Origin: Eledone cirrhosa
Lineage: Eukaryota
DNA length: 64,000 nucleotides
Reading direction: 5' to 3'
Assembly (NCBI GenBank): GCA_964016885.1
Contig: OZ024752.1
Coordinates: forward strand, 16,058,001-16,122,000
Below the pieces are notes generated by a model. The model did no database searches. It had not been told where the DNA came from and saw nothing but the letters and a program-made list of their open reading frames with translations. How positions within the stretch are numbered: position 1 is the first letter of the stretch; every line of letters starts with the position of its first letter. The translations under genes were made by a program, and so were the position numbers. Shown piece after piece: positions 1 through 13,443 of the stretch.

Positions 1-52
1 ACTGGTTTTTGAGGAAACACCTTTCCTCTATTCTCCGGAAAGCCAGACAAGG

Positions 53-97
53 AATATTGAACTAGTTTCGTTGTTGTTACAACTCATCAGCAATATT
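53..97 (-). ncRNA. type I minimal hammerhead ribozyme motif
   Basis: Minus strand: AATATTG-CTGATGA-GTTG(TAACAA)CAAC-GAAA-CTAG-TT-CAATATT; stems I and II pair, stem III is palindromic (ACTAGT). Confidence 0.85.
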
Positions 98-294
98 TAC
101 CTATCTACCGGCCTTTCTGGAGAATCGTAAAAGCACATATCGTTATATGCTTTTTCTATGAAAATTAGTAGTGGGCAGACTAATTTGCATAGAGTGTGAG
201 TACGTACCGGTTCAACGGAGACGATAAAAACAAATAACGAAACGAAATTAAATTTCGTTTCGTTTGTAACTCACTTTTGTATGACTGACGCTTA

Positions 295-345
<51 letters not shown>

Positions 346-347
<2 letters not shown>

Positions 348-1130
348 CACTTATTTTCTAATGTTTGTTGGGTGAGTTGGAATTTGGCCGGAGTATCGCT
401 AAAAAGCTTTCTCCGATATTGTATTTATTTACTTACTCTTGGCGCAGCAGATTTGAAAAAAATTCCCGGTATAAGGTTAGCATTTCTTTGTTTATTTTTT
501 ATATATGAATAGTGATTGTTTCTTATATCTCATTCTGTTATTTTGCCCGAGAAAATATGTGTGTGTCATCAAATGTTGTACACACATAGATATTTTTTCA
601 ATTTCCAATTGAGTTCTTAGCACGTGGCCTGAATTCCTTTCAGAGTTCATTGTCACGCGCATGTATTGTTTTTTGGGCGGTAATTCACTTCCTCATTTTT
701 TTAATCAGTTCGAGCACCTCTTTCAGAACTGCTGGACTGGCAACCTGACAGATACCTCAGGCAGAGAAAGTGATTATCGCTAAATGCTGATGTTGGTTAG
801 ATTATCAATATTAGTATTATTGGGGCACCCACTGATGAATTATAGGATCCCACTCGAATATATATCTATTGATGGTATACAAGCTCCTACATAAATTGGT
901 ATAATTTCACCCAAATTGTAGGAATCCTATAATGAAACGAGACGTCCGTCTGGGAAGAGATATATTAGATATGTCTCATTTGAAATAATACAGCCAATTT
1001 TCCACGCAATACTTTTAGTTAGCACCCCGAACACATAATTGGGAATATAATCACTTATTTCCTAATGTTTGTTGAGTGAGTTAGAATTTGGCCGGAGTAT
1101 CGCTAAAGTGCTTTCTCCGATATTGTATTT
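346..1130 (+). mobile_element. non-coding HHR-containing partial-tandem element (~703-nt monomer), PLE-associated/retrozyme-like
   Basis: About 85-bp terminal direct repeat at 346 and 1049, flanked on both sides by (TA)n, internal HHR; fragment recurs at ~3807-3980. Confidence 0.65.
828..954 (+). ncRNA. type I hammerhead ribozyme with extended stem II
   Basis: CCCA-CTGATGA-ATTATAGGAT...ATCCTATAAT-GAAA-CG(AGACGTC)CG-TC-TGGG; GUC triplet, palindromic GACGTC in loop 3. Confidence 0.85.
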
Positions 1131-1398
1131 ATATATATATATATATATATATAAAATATTAAAAAAATAATGAATAAAACAATGAAACAGTTCCTTATAT
1201 TAAACAAAAAAAGTTCATTATTTAACGATCGTTTCTAGGATATATATGTGTTAGAATTGGCATGCATATTCAACAGATCTATGTACAAAATTATACAAAA
1301 TTATACAAACTATCAAGATTAAATATACATACCAAACACACATATATGCCGTCTTCAGGAAGGATTGGACACTACCGTAAACTCTTGGTAGATTTATC

Positions 1399-1437
<39 letters not shown>

Positions 1438-1790
1438 CGTTTTTGAATTTGTTTTGCGAGATTTCTTTCTTATATGGCAGCATATACATATATATATTCA
1501 TACATCTATACATGCAGACATTCATTCCTAGATATATTGATGTATACGGTAAATGCATGCAAAACTTCCTTTACAGGAACACAAGTGCAGCATATAAGTA
1601 TATATGTCCACTATACTTGAACATGCAACAGATACAATATGTGTGTTGCATGTTTTGTAGCTAATACCTTCCTACACAGAGATATATGTGTATGTTATTC
1701 TGCTTCACATATGGAAGTATACACATGGAAAACATTTACTTCTGTGTGTGTGATAGAGTGAGAGACAGAGCCTCTGTGTATGTGTGTGTT

Positions 1791-1825
<35 letters not shown>

Positions 1826-1917
1826 TAAATATATTTAGATGTATTCATGTGTATATGTATGTACGTATATATATTTATATATATATATTTTTTTATATAT
1901 ATATATATATAATATAT

Positions 1918-2106
1918 TAATTGTTTCTACTTTAGGCACAAGGCCAGCAATTACCCAGTGCATTACTGGTACTTTATTTTATCGACCCCGTAAGGATGAA
2001 AGGCAAAGTCAACCTCGGCGGGATTTGAACTCAGATCGTAAAGGGACGTAACTATGCTGGAAAGCATGGCCTCCGACCCTCTACCGACACTGCCAATACA
2101 CCGCCC
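1918..2106 (-). mobile_element. tRNA-derived SINE (Meta-like central domain)
   Basis: Box-B-like GAGTTCAAATCCC plus GCCTTTCATCCTTACGGGGTCGATAAAATAAAGTACCAG; about 9 copies in window. Confidence 0.85.
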
Positions 2107-2142
2107 TCTATATATAATATATTAATAAATGGAAACTATATT

Positions 2143-2208
2143 TATTTTATTATATATATTTCAAGGGCAACCAAGGCAAATTATGGTGCACTTTCATCAG
2201 ATAAAATA
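2143..2208 (-). ncRNA. type I minimal hammerhead ribozyme motif
   Basis: TATTTTAT-CTGATGA-AAG...CTT-GAAA-TATATA-TA-ATAAAATA; relatives at 12521-12577 (+) and ~18154-18204 (-). Confidence 0.8.
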
Positions 2209-2373
2209 CAGATTTGTTTTATAAATAAATATTGACATAGCCGGAATGAAGACAACCTTAACGGTTGGAGATTCCTGCATAGTTGTGTATTTACTCCACT
2301 AACTTGTTGAGTGCTTTATATCAGTTATAAAAAATGTTAAGCTTGTTGAATCCCACAAATTAAATATAACCTC

Positions 2374-2421
<48 letters not shown>

Positions 2422-2817
2422 GTATAAATATATATGCATGTATAAATATATATATACTCTATCACAAAGTGGTTTTCACTCTAATATCACACTCTATAAC
2501 AGTACAGATGTAGCCATCTTTCATTACATCGTTTTAAAAGTAACATGATATTATGTTCAGTTCTATCCTCACTTCACTATTTTTTCCTGCTTCTTTAACT
2601 GTAAGCATGCATTTCTAACATATGTTAAATATATGTGGTCTTCGCTGCTACCAGACTTTCTGTCAGTAGAGACATTTGAAAGCATCGGATCGTATAGAAA
2701 GTGATGAAATATAGTTTTCTCTTTTCAGCTATTTTGTAAATATTTTCTATAGTCTGGTGTAATATTTTCATTTTGGCAATAAAGTAATTTTCATCGTGTT
2801 CAGGCTAGTACCAGTCG

Positions 2818-2943
<126 letters not shown>

Positions 2944-2963
2944 TGTGTGTGTGTATGTGTTTG

Positions 2964-3008
<45 letters not shown>

Positions 3009-3232
3009 AGTGTAATTTTCTACACAAAACGAAGGTTATAGAGAAAATTGAGGTTGGTAATGGCACATGGAATATATAAGAGACAGAATACTTTTTTGTG
3101 AAAAAACATAATTTTATAAGGTAAGGAAATAAATATACCCTTTATTATTTCTTTACCTTATAAAATTATGTTTTTTCACAAAAAAGTATTCTGTCTCTTA
3201 TATATTCCATGTGCCATTACCAACCTCAATTT

Positions 3233-3286
<54 letters not shown>

Positions 3287-3515
3287 TAGACATATACAAT
3301 CTCCCTTTCTCTGTCTCTCTCTCTTTCACTCACATATATATACAGAGAGAGAGAGAGTGAGAGAGAGAGAGAGAAGAAGTAGCGAGAAGGAGATTTGTAT
3401 ATGTCTAAGAATATATTAACGTGTATATATATGTGTGTGTGTGCTACACAATTTCACCAATTTAACTAACAGAAGCCGATTACAACTATAATCTCTCTGT
3501 CTCTCTCTCTCTCTG

Positions 3516-3548
<33 letters not shown>

Positions 3549-3559
<11 letters not shown>

Positions 3560-3792
3560 GTAATAATAATAAATTTGAAGACTAAAATCCAAAGAGGGCT
3601 CGATAAGGATAAATATATATCAAACATATAAGAACTGTAGAGCAAATATTTATTAAAATAACAGATTAAAGTTTAAGCAAAGAATCGCTGCTTTCACCCT
3701 TAACGGGACCTTCTGAAACTGTTTCAGAAGATCCTGTTAAGGGTGAAAGCAGCGATTCTTTGCTTAAACTTTAATCTGTTATTTTAATAAAT
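3549..3792. mobile_element. short HHR-bearing repeat (family A), inverted pair
   Basis: Palindrome centred at ~3720; same family at ~7684-7775, 16746-16960, 29747-29965, 34797-34865, 35704-35890, 57716-57803; always next to (TA)n. Confidence 0.75.
3721..3769 (+). ncRNA. hammerhead-like motif with U4A core variant (family A)
   Basis: GTTT-CAGAAGA-TCCT(GTTAA)GGGT-GAAA-GCAG(CGATTCT)TTGC-TT-AAAC. Confidence 0.6.
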
Positions 3793-3977
3793 ATATATAT
3801 ATATATATTACATAAATTGGTATAATTTCACCCAAATTGTAGGAATATTATAATGAAACGAGACGTCCGTCTGGGAAGAGATGTATTCGATATGTCTCAT
3901 ACAGCCAGTTTTCCACACAATACATTTAGTTAGCGCCCAAACGTTTAATTAGGAATATACTCACTTATTTCCTAATG

Positions 3978-4838
3978 TTTGTTCAACACTGACAAAGGAA
4001 CGCTGTACTATTTTCAAGCTTGTTAGCTATCGTCAGCAACGTATACCTTCCTGCCAGATAGTTGAACGTCCGAAAGTATATACTTTCCTTATGCATATTA
4101 ACGGCTGAGTAGCCCAATTTGCATATCGAGTGGGTTAATCGGGCGGGTGCACCGAAAACGTTAAACGGAAAAAATGAAACGAAATTTCATTTCCCACTCT
4201 TAGTACGGCTGTTACTTAAATATAAGTATGTATCCCGTATAAAGCCGCAGTGTCTAGCAACCATCGTTGCTCATTTGTTCAACACTGACAAAGGAACACC
4301 GAGCATTATAATAAATGTTTGATGAATCCATACGTACATATATATATGTGTGCATGTATGTATATATACATACTACTGTACGTCTGTATACATATATGTA
4401 TGTACGTATACATACTTATATTTAAGTAACAGCCGTACTAAGAGTGGGAAATGAAATTTCGTTTCATTTTTTCCGTTTATCGTTTTCGGTGCACCCGGCC
4501 GATTAACCCACTCGATATGCAAATTCGGCTACTCAACCGTTAATATGCATAAGGTAAGTATATACAATCTGGCAGGAAGGTATACGTTGCTGACGATAGC
4601 TAACAAGCTTGAAACTAGTACAGCGTTCCTTTGTCAGTGTTGAACAAACGAGCAACGGTGGTTGCTAGACACTGCGGCTTTATACGGGATGTTTGTTTAC
4701 AAACACACCGAGCATTATAATAAATGTTCGGTGAATCCATACGTACATATATATATATATGTGTGCATGTATGTATATATATATACATACTACTGTATGT
4801 CTGTATACATATATGTATGTACGTATACATACTTATAT
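3978..4838. mobile_element. retrozyme-like element family R1: inverted pair of partial-tandem ~410-nt monomers
   Basis: CACCGAGCATTATA recurs at ~4297 and ~4706; left arm 3978-4297 is the reverse complement with an internal deletion; HHRs at 4000-4042 (-) and 4584-4626 (+). Confidence 0.75.
4584..4626 (+). ncRNA. type I minimal hammerhead ribozyme
   Basis: ACGTTG-CTGACGA-T-AGCT(AACA)AGCT-T-GAAA-CTAG-TA-CAGCGT; canonical core, GUA triplet. Confidence 0.9.
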
Positions 4839-4990
4839 TTATATATATATATATATAAATGAAACATCGTACTTAATACAATTTGTTAAATATTATATAC
4901 AAAATTTGATCCCTTCTACAATCTAGACATGGTTAGTATTGGGTCTTAAAACCTTAGGTAGTGATTTTCCACCGTGTATGAACATAAACA

Positions 4991-5032
<42 letters not shown>

Positions 5033-6765
5033 AAACATACCTAGATGTTTGAAAGCACTAGACCCCACCAAATGGAATTTGGTCGCGTTTAACTAAGCAC
5101 ATATCATCAAATATTAAAATTGGTTCCTTTTCAAACTTCAGCCAACCTAACCACTGGTGAATTGGTAGCTGTGAGAGAGTGCCCCTTATAATTGTATCTG
5201 AAATCACATATTTGAGAAATGAACTTCTTAACTATTCAACTATGGAATTTCTAGACATTTGGATGATATATCATTTATTCAGCAAATGTGTCTGCTCTGA
5301 TTAAACCGTGTGATAACCAATATATTAAAACAATTTATGTTGCTGACATTACAGCTATACGAACTTTAAGTTAGTTCTATTGTCCAAAGTAGTATTTCAC
5401 TTATTAATATCGATTTCTTTGATTAATATTGATCTCTTTGATGTTAGCTATACATTGCCCTGATTGAGTAATGTAGTAAGATTGGTTCTTTTTATCGATA
5501 GTTAGGAAAAGTAAAGGAGCGTCTGTCCTTACATGTTTTTTTAAGTGATGTACATAAAAACTGTATACATTTATGTGGAACACTCTACTGATTCTGCTGC
5601 TTCATATCCTTTTAATTTATTTTAATACGTGTTATGAAATAGTGAAATATCAGAGACATTCGAAGTACTGTAGTACCTTTACATAATACTAGCTGATATA
5701 ACGTGACATTATAAGCTTTATTTACAATGTTTATGTGTGGGTGCCTGTGAAACATACATATACACCAGGTCCAAACACAAAGGAACCAAACCCCTACTGT
5801 CACCGCCTCAGTCCCTCCTGCTGTCCCTATCTTTCATTAATATGAGCAAATGGGGGCCCCACCCTAGCCGCCCTACGGCCGCGACGGACAGGAAACTTCT
5901 GGTCTCCCTGGGCCTAGGGCCAGCTCCATGCTCACCACCATCGTTTGCTACCCTATCGCCACCCCCTTCCTCACCACCGAGTTGGCTATCCGCAGATGTG
6001 AGCCTCACGAGCTTGAATGATTCTTCCAGGGCATCTCCCTCACCATCCTCCGTGGAAACGCCGTCTCTATTCACTTTACAGCATTATGTTCCAACTTACA
6101 TCAATTCACTTGAAAATCCCCGATTTTAACCAGCAAAAGTTGATACAGTAAACTTCAGTTTTTCAATGGGTTTGCATCTATCGTGCAAAACTATTTTAGC
6201 ATATCTTTTGTGAACTAGATATATCTAAAGTAATGCAGGATACGGAAACGTAATCCACGAGAATGTGCTTATCTTCATCAATATGTGCAACAATAGCGCA
6301 AAGAGTTTGAAATGCTTTCGAATTGTCTCCAAACGCCGCAAATTAAAGTAACCATTCCTACACATACATACATATATGTGGGAACCGTCTGCCATGGCGA
6401 TAACACTGAATTGGCAGGCTGGCCCCGAATTGAATCGGTCCTCTATTTTCTATCCTCTACAATATTTCATATCTTCTATTTTACTATGGTCTATGATCTG
6501 TTTATATTTAACGTAATCCTGTTGCCGAATTCCGCAAATACCACCTGATGAAATCGTCTAGTGTTACATCATGATCAGATGATAAGGCTGAGCCATCGTG
6601 TATAGTGTTGTCGCGGAATTAAAATTCTAAATTGAATTTTCCAGTCCGGCCTTCTGTTGTTTTAATGAATATTTATATATATATATGTAAATTTATATAT
6701 ATATATATGTGTGTGTGTGTGTATATTTATATATATATATGAATATATATATATATGTATATATG

Positions 6766-6846
<81 letters not shown>

Positions 6847-6887
6847 ATATATATATATATGTGTATATATATATATATGTATATGTG

Positions 6888-6948
<61 letters not shown>

Positions 6949-7085
6949 TAGTACAGCATTAACGAAGCTTTAGTTTGCGCCGAAGCTAAGGAATGCGAAT
7001 TCGGTATGTAGCTTTAGCACTCGAATGGGAATAGTACCCCAGAGTAATAACAATACGTTTAGAGAGCTTAGCAAATCAAATATAG

Positions 7086-7126
<41 letters not shown>

Positions 7127-7184
7127 CACATATATATATACACAGTCTATGGAAAAGGCAACAGGAAGACGAGAATAATGTATA

Positions 7185-7281
7185 TATGTGTGTGGTTCAG
7201 TGAATTACTGGTGGTGGAACCAATATGAGCTCTCGATGCATAGGCAGCGTGTATATTTTAAGAGTATACGCGCACACACAC

Positions 7282-7338
<57 letters not shown>

Positions 7339-7617
7339 TCCAGTACCTCAAAGAACTAACAACCCAGCCAGGAACTGGGCATATCAGAGTATTGACGGAG
7401 TTAAACACCTCAACAACATGTGTACTCGTCTCTACCACACTAATTCAGACTGCCTGAAGAGGTCACAACCAAAGATGGCTGTCACCGAAATATAAAGGAA
7501 ACCAAATTTTAAATATTTGACTTATTTATTTTATTTTACATTACTCCGGAGTAACCAAACCAACCTGCGCACTTCGTCGAGTGCTCCAATCTGCATACTA
7601 AGGTCTCGGTAAACAAC

Positions 7618-7656
<39 letters not shown>

Positions 7657-8193
7657 TGTAGATATATATATAATATATATATAGTAATAATAATAAAATT
7701 GAAGACTAAAATCCAAAGAGGGCTCGTTAAGGGTGAAAGCAGCGATTCTTTGCTTAAACTTTAATCTGTTATTTAATATATATATATAGATCTATATATA
7801 TATATATATATATAGATCTATATATATATATATATATATATATATAGATCTATATATATATATATATATATAGATATAGATCTATATATATATATATTAT
7901 ATATATATACATCTATATATATATATATATATATGTTGGTTGTTTACCGAAACCTAGTATGCAGATTGGAGCACTCGACGAAGTGTAATGTAAAATAAAA
8001 TAAATAAGTTAAATATTTAAAATTTGGCTTCGTTTATATTTCGGTGACAGCCATCTTTGGTTGTGACCTCTTCAGGCAGTCCGAATTAGTGTGGTAGAGA
8101 CGAGTACACATGTTGTTGAGGTGTTTAACTCCGTCAATACTCTGATATGCCCAGTTCCTGGTTGGGTTGTTAGTTCTTTGAGGAAGTGGTATC

Positions 8194-8288
<95 letters not shown>

Positions 8289-8289
8289 T

Positions 8290-8350
<61 letters not shown>

Positions 8351-8432
8351 TGTACACTCTTAAAATATACACGCTGCCTATGCATCGAGAGCTCATATTG
8401 TTTCCACCACCAGTAATTCACTGAACCACATA
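7185..8432. repeat. long inverted duplication of an HHR-bearing element around a (TA)n core
   Basis: 7185-7680 is the reverse complement of ~7890-8432, including microsatellite interruptions; HHR cores at ~7449-7495 (+) and ~8034-8080 (-) lack the 3' strand of stem I. Confidence 0.75.
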
Positions 8433-8438
8433 TATATG

Positions 8439-8485
<47 letters not shown>

Positions 8486-8531
8486 CAAAAATATATGGAG
8501 GAGAAGGCAATACATTTAAAAACAGGGTGTA

Positions 8532-8633
8532 CTCCTTACACATTGTTTCATTTCTTACAATATAACCGTTCTACATATGTGTGTTATGCATATATTATTA
8601 TAAAGATTAGTCACTTCAGAATCCTCAGAGAAG
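8532..8633 (-). ncRNA. hammerhead ribozyme motif with long stem II
   Basis: CTTCT-CTGAGGA-TTCT...AGAAAT-GAAA-CAATGTG-TA-AGGAG. Confidence 0.6.
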
Positions 8634-8809
8634 AAATATTATTGTCTTTAATGATGTTACTGGAGGAAAGTCTAATCCGTACAACAGCAAAACGAATTTA
8701 TCCATTAATGGTTCAATTATTCCTTCAGAAGAATGCTTAGAGGCCACAATACATCGGATTTTATACCTTAATCCGTAATACGTTTAAAAGGTGCGATCTA
8801 AATTTAGTT

Positions 8810-9007
8810 TTGAATTCATTCACAGTCGTAAATAGTAGCAACTGCAATCGTAGGACCCCTAACAACTGTCCACTTCAGGGTTATTGCCTAGTTAGTAATG
8901 TGATCTATAAATGCATAGTCAGTGCAGATAATAGTATTAAATCTTATATAGGAGCTACCTCTAATAAATTGAAAATTAGATTTAGATCCCACCGCCATTC
9001 ATTTTAA
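8810..9007 (+). pseudogene. Penelope-like element GIY-YIG endonuclease fragment
   Basis: CNRR..NNCPLQGYCL..NVIY..SYIGATS..K.RF.SH; short inverted repeat 8483-8511 / 9020-9048. Confidence 0.8.
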
Positions 9008-10619
9008 AATAGAAAACTCATTGCCTTCTCCTCCATATATTTTTGCTTACCTTCTGTGCTTAACTCTCATTAAACAGCAACCTCACTATAATATTTAACA
9101 TTGCATCTCTAAGCATTGAGCACACTTCGCTTCGACTGTAGTTATATTATATCATGGTTCTTTCTCTTCTACTCTGATGATATATGTCTCTTTCTTTCGC
9201 GTGAATATTTCATTTATTTTGTTTGACCCGTTTAGCTTGCCTCGTTTTTTATTTTTTGGCTTAAGAGGTTGATAGCTTCTTAACCGCGGTCTCAGTTTCT
9301 ATGGCCTTTATAACCTATGTTTATTGCTCTGGTCTCTTTTGGTCCATGGAGCACTTGCCAGCATAACTCGGAAATTTCGTTTCGCTTATTTCTACCCGCC
9401 GAAATACGAATCTCGCTGAATTTATATTTGTATATATATATATATATTCGCATATACACAAACACATAATATGCATTTATTGGAATACTTGATTTATAGT
9501 GAAATTAAATTTTCATTATAATACCATTGAAGGTATAGATATTTTTGTATGTTTTTGTAAGTAAAGAGATACTTAACTTGTTCTATAAATGAAAGATAGT
9601 TATATTAAACTATTATTGCTGACAGCGTTGTAGTACGATGTTTCACACGACTTTTTCGAGAGATAAGGAATAAGCAAATAAGTGCAATGTAATAGAAATT
9701 ATATAAGAATTTAATGTAATAATACTAAGTTACTGCAGGTATATTATGACGAAAATAAGTGCAGTGTAGTAGAAATTATAGAAGAATTTAATGTAATAAC
9801 ACAAAGTTACTCTAGGTAAATTGTCACGGAAATATTCATAATCAATTAAAATATATTTCATTATTTTTCTAAGATCTGTTACGTTTGTATGAATTCGATA
9901 ATTTTTTTCTGTTTTTGCGATTGTTGCTCAAGGAAATTATGGCTGCTAAAATTGTTGATTGTCTTGTGCTGTGATGACTTTTGTTGGTGTGAGATAATTT
10001 ACGACATTCGACAGTTGCTCGTTGCCAGAAGGATATAGAAGAAAGAAACACGATGAAATGTTGATTCTTAAAATGATAACTGCTCGACAATAAACTAACA
10101 TCTTCCTAATTCAGTTTATTGAAAAGTTTCTCAAAACTGTAGTTGTGTTTACTTTAGTGTCTGATGTGTATACATTAAGGAAGTTATAGCTAAGTACTAG
10201 CGACTCTGGGAATAGTAAAGTAATTATGAAGTATGTGATAGAATATCTAATGCTGTTCAAATGATGTGAAAGCAGAATAGCTACAGTTTTGATACCTTAG
10301 AATTTAAAGGCCTAGAAAAATAATGTCAATTTGGATCGAAGATGTATGTTCGTATGATCAATTATGTAAGAAGTTATTCAGGTTTAGGCAGCAGGTTCGT
10401 AAGATTACTTAAACCTGGTCCGGTCAAGAGGAAGAATATAGCGGGGCGGGCCCGACTGAATATGTGCTGTGGAGGGAAAACAGTGGGTAGATGATGGGTG
10501 TTATTCCACGTTGTATAATGGTCAACCTGCCGCCGGCAGGTCAGGCCAGGGTGCGGTGTTGAGAGCCTCAGGTATTATAGTGGTTATTCGGTTGCTGGGG
10601 TCCATCTGTAGAATGTCTG

Positions 10620-11830
10620 TTGTAGTCGGTGGCCGGAATTGATGACAGTTTCGGCCCTACTATTTATGAGTTCCTGGCAGAGTTGGCAGTTTTTTTTTTA
10701 AGTTATAGTGTTGCTTGGTTCACAATTTCCCATTGTGTCGTGTAGCTAATATTGGAGTCAGTTAATTGGGTAATATAATTAGCGGGGGATGTAGAGTATC
10801 TAAGTTTCCTATTCCTAAAAGAGTGGAGATGCGCCCGAAATCTAGTCTTGAACTCCCCAGAAGTAGCTCCTATGTATGACTAAACACTGTTAAAACTTGT
10901 AACTGTGCATCTATAGATAACGTTTCTAGTCAAGCAGTAGCCTCGGAGTGGACAGTTGTTCGGGTTACGACAGTTACAGAGTTTTTTGTTGTCACCTCTA
11001 AGGTGGTGGGGGCTGGTGTTAATCCTATTACTATTATTATCACCATCACCATAGCTGCCATTATCGTGGTTGGCGCTATTATAGATATATTCATGCGACG
11101 TACTGTTATCTCTATTTCTCGTGTAATAGCGTCTTCCACAGCCGTTGTTATAATTGCTAACCCTGACGTCGGTCACACTACTGGCGCTGCGGTTAGTTTC
11201 TAATGTGGTGCTATTGTGCATGCTACTGCTAATACTAAGATACCTGTGCTGGTTACTAATATTGTTATCGTGCCGGGCGACCGAATTGTTAAGGTTGACA
11301 GAGTTATCATATTCGCTAATGTTGGCATTACAGGCATGTTGTATTCTAGTGAGCTTACTGTGGTTGTTTATTGGTGTGAGGTCGGCTAAATTAGGTCTAG
11401 TGGAATAGGATATCTTGACGTTATTTTTATTGAGGATTTTTCGGTATCTGTGGTTAGGTGGGAAGTTCCTCTCTAAGGCGTCGAAAAAGATTCTGCGTAA
11501 ATTGGAGGCCACACTCCGAGAGTAGAGGGATGGAACCATGAGACGTCACGCCGGCGTTTACCTGTTGTTCTGGGATTAGTGCGGTTGTTATTACCGTGGT
11601 GGGTGTCCCTATCAAGGCGGTAGGGGTGCTGGCGAATGTGTGCTCTGTTAGCATTATGGTATGTGCAAGGCCAACGCAGCGCGGCGGCTCTGGGTTACCC
11701 TATGCCTGTTAGAGGATGTTGGTAATATACCGTCACCTTTATTAAGCCTGTAAGCGGGGAATAATTCAAGTAGATTGCTGTTAATTCTATTGACCGAACT
11801 ACGGTGGTGTGGGAATGGTAATTCACCCGT
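10620..11830 (-). pseudogene. Penelope-like element RT-thumb/linker + GIY-YIG endonuclease, decayed
   Basis: ORF 10880..11539: YSRSVASN...NFPPNHRYRKILNKNNVKISYS...CNCRNPNNCPLRGYCLTRNVIY; continues past a stop into SYIGATSGEFKTRF. Confidence 0.85.
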
Positions 11831-11857
11831 CCAGCCAACCTTGTAGTTATATATATA

Positions 11858-11901
<44 letters not shown>

Positions 11902-11923
11902 AATATATATATTTTTGAATATA

Positions 11924-11989
<66 letters not shown>

Positions 11990-11991
<2 letters not shown>

Positions 11992-12713
11992 AATCCCTAT
12001 CCCTATTGGACTTCCAGCTCAGGAACACGATATCCACACCTGCTTCTATAAAAAAATTAAAAAAGCCGCCGGCAGGGATCTGTTCGTACATTTCAGATCA
12101 GCCCTCCCAGTCAGCGCTGAGTTCGGATACATAAGGAACGAACTAACACGTATCCGGAACAAATACACCGACGCAAGACACCGGAACACACACGCCACTC
12201 ATTTCCTGGAACTACTTATACCGAACGGATACCCGACGTCCACCGCGAACCCTGCCAGAAAGAACAGAGGACACCACACCCGAGGCACTAACACCTGCTT
12301 CTTGAAGCTTCCACACTTCAACAGCCATCCGCACAACTATCAGACGAGAGGGACTAGATATCCAGCTAGCCCACTCAGGATCTCGTCTACGCGGACAGCT
12401 AACTAAAAGACACTCCACCAGACATGACAGCCGCTGCAGGCTAGCCAACTGCCCCATCGACGACACAGACCTATGCCACCAGGCTTACGTAGTATACCGA
12501 AATTTATAAAACAAACTTTGTATTTTATCTGATGAAAGTGTACCAAAGTTTTGGTACCTTGAATATATATTAGAATAAATATGGTTTTATAAATATAGTT
12601 TCCATTTAGTTAATATCATTGAATATTATACTCCAGAAAACCAGTCGAGTGCTCTTAATCAGTTATAAACATTTATATTTGTTGAATTAGCAACAAATTG
12701 AATATCCCTTTTG

Positions 12714-12715
<2 letters not shown>
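11990..12715 (+). mobile_element. internally deleted Penelope-like element with 3' HHR
   Basis: ~12378-12500 translates GSRLRGQL..CRLANCPIDDTDLCHQAYVVY (start of PLE endonuclease), followed directly by CTGATGA-AAGTGTACCAA..TTGGTACCTT-GAA; flanked by (TA)n. Confidence 0.6.
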
Positions 12716-12755
<40 letters not shown>

Positions 12756-13343
12756 TAATAATTCACAAATAACAAATAGCAGTTGAATAAATCGAGTGAG
12801 ATACCACGGGAGACGATATGAAGTAGACAGGTACCATTGTTGACAATTTCCTGGTCTTTTGTATGTCTGAAGAAGGTGTTTAACCATTACGACATTACGA
12901 CATACGGCTACTAACCACTAATGACGTTATTCTTAGATTTAACCGTGAAACAAAAAATATAAACATTTGAGTTGTTTTCCATGGCAGTGTGAAATACGAA
13001 ATTTGAAACTAGAGTCACCAGAATAACTTAACTCTATATATTTAACTATTGTTTGTGGATATCAATTATTGTTACAATAGTTGTGTATATGGTTGCGACT
13101 ATAAGATAGAATTTGTAATTCGCCAATGGTTCAAACATCACACAAGCATCGTTTACACTATGTATGCACATACATATATATATATATGTGTGTATGTGTG
13201 TCTAGGTGTATGTGTGTGAGTGCATATGGGGGTGTAGTGCGTAGGGGTGCGTGTGTATGTGTTTCTATTTTGCGTGTATATATATGTGTGTGTGAGCGTC
13301 TGCGTGCGTGAGGGTGTCTGTGTACTTCTGTTTCTATTTTTGG

Positions 13344-13443
<100 letters not shown>

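Noticed and set aside
5737-6129. GC-rich patch with ORFs on both strands
   Set aside because: Low-complexity Ser/Pro translation with no recognisable domain; possibly a retroelement fragment but not assignable
6541-6600. HHR at CAC-CTGATGA-ATCGTCT...AGATGAT
   Set aside because: GAAA box is missing; probably a decayed motif, so not listed as a feature
12860-13020. HHR at CTGAAGA...GAAACTAGAGTC
   Set aside because: Stem I only 2 bp and stem II not evident
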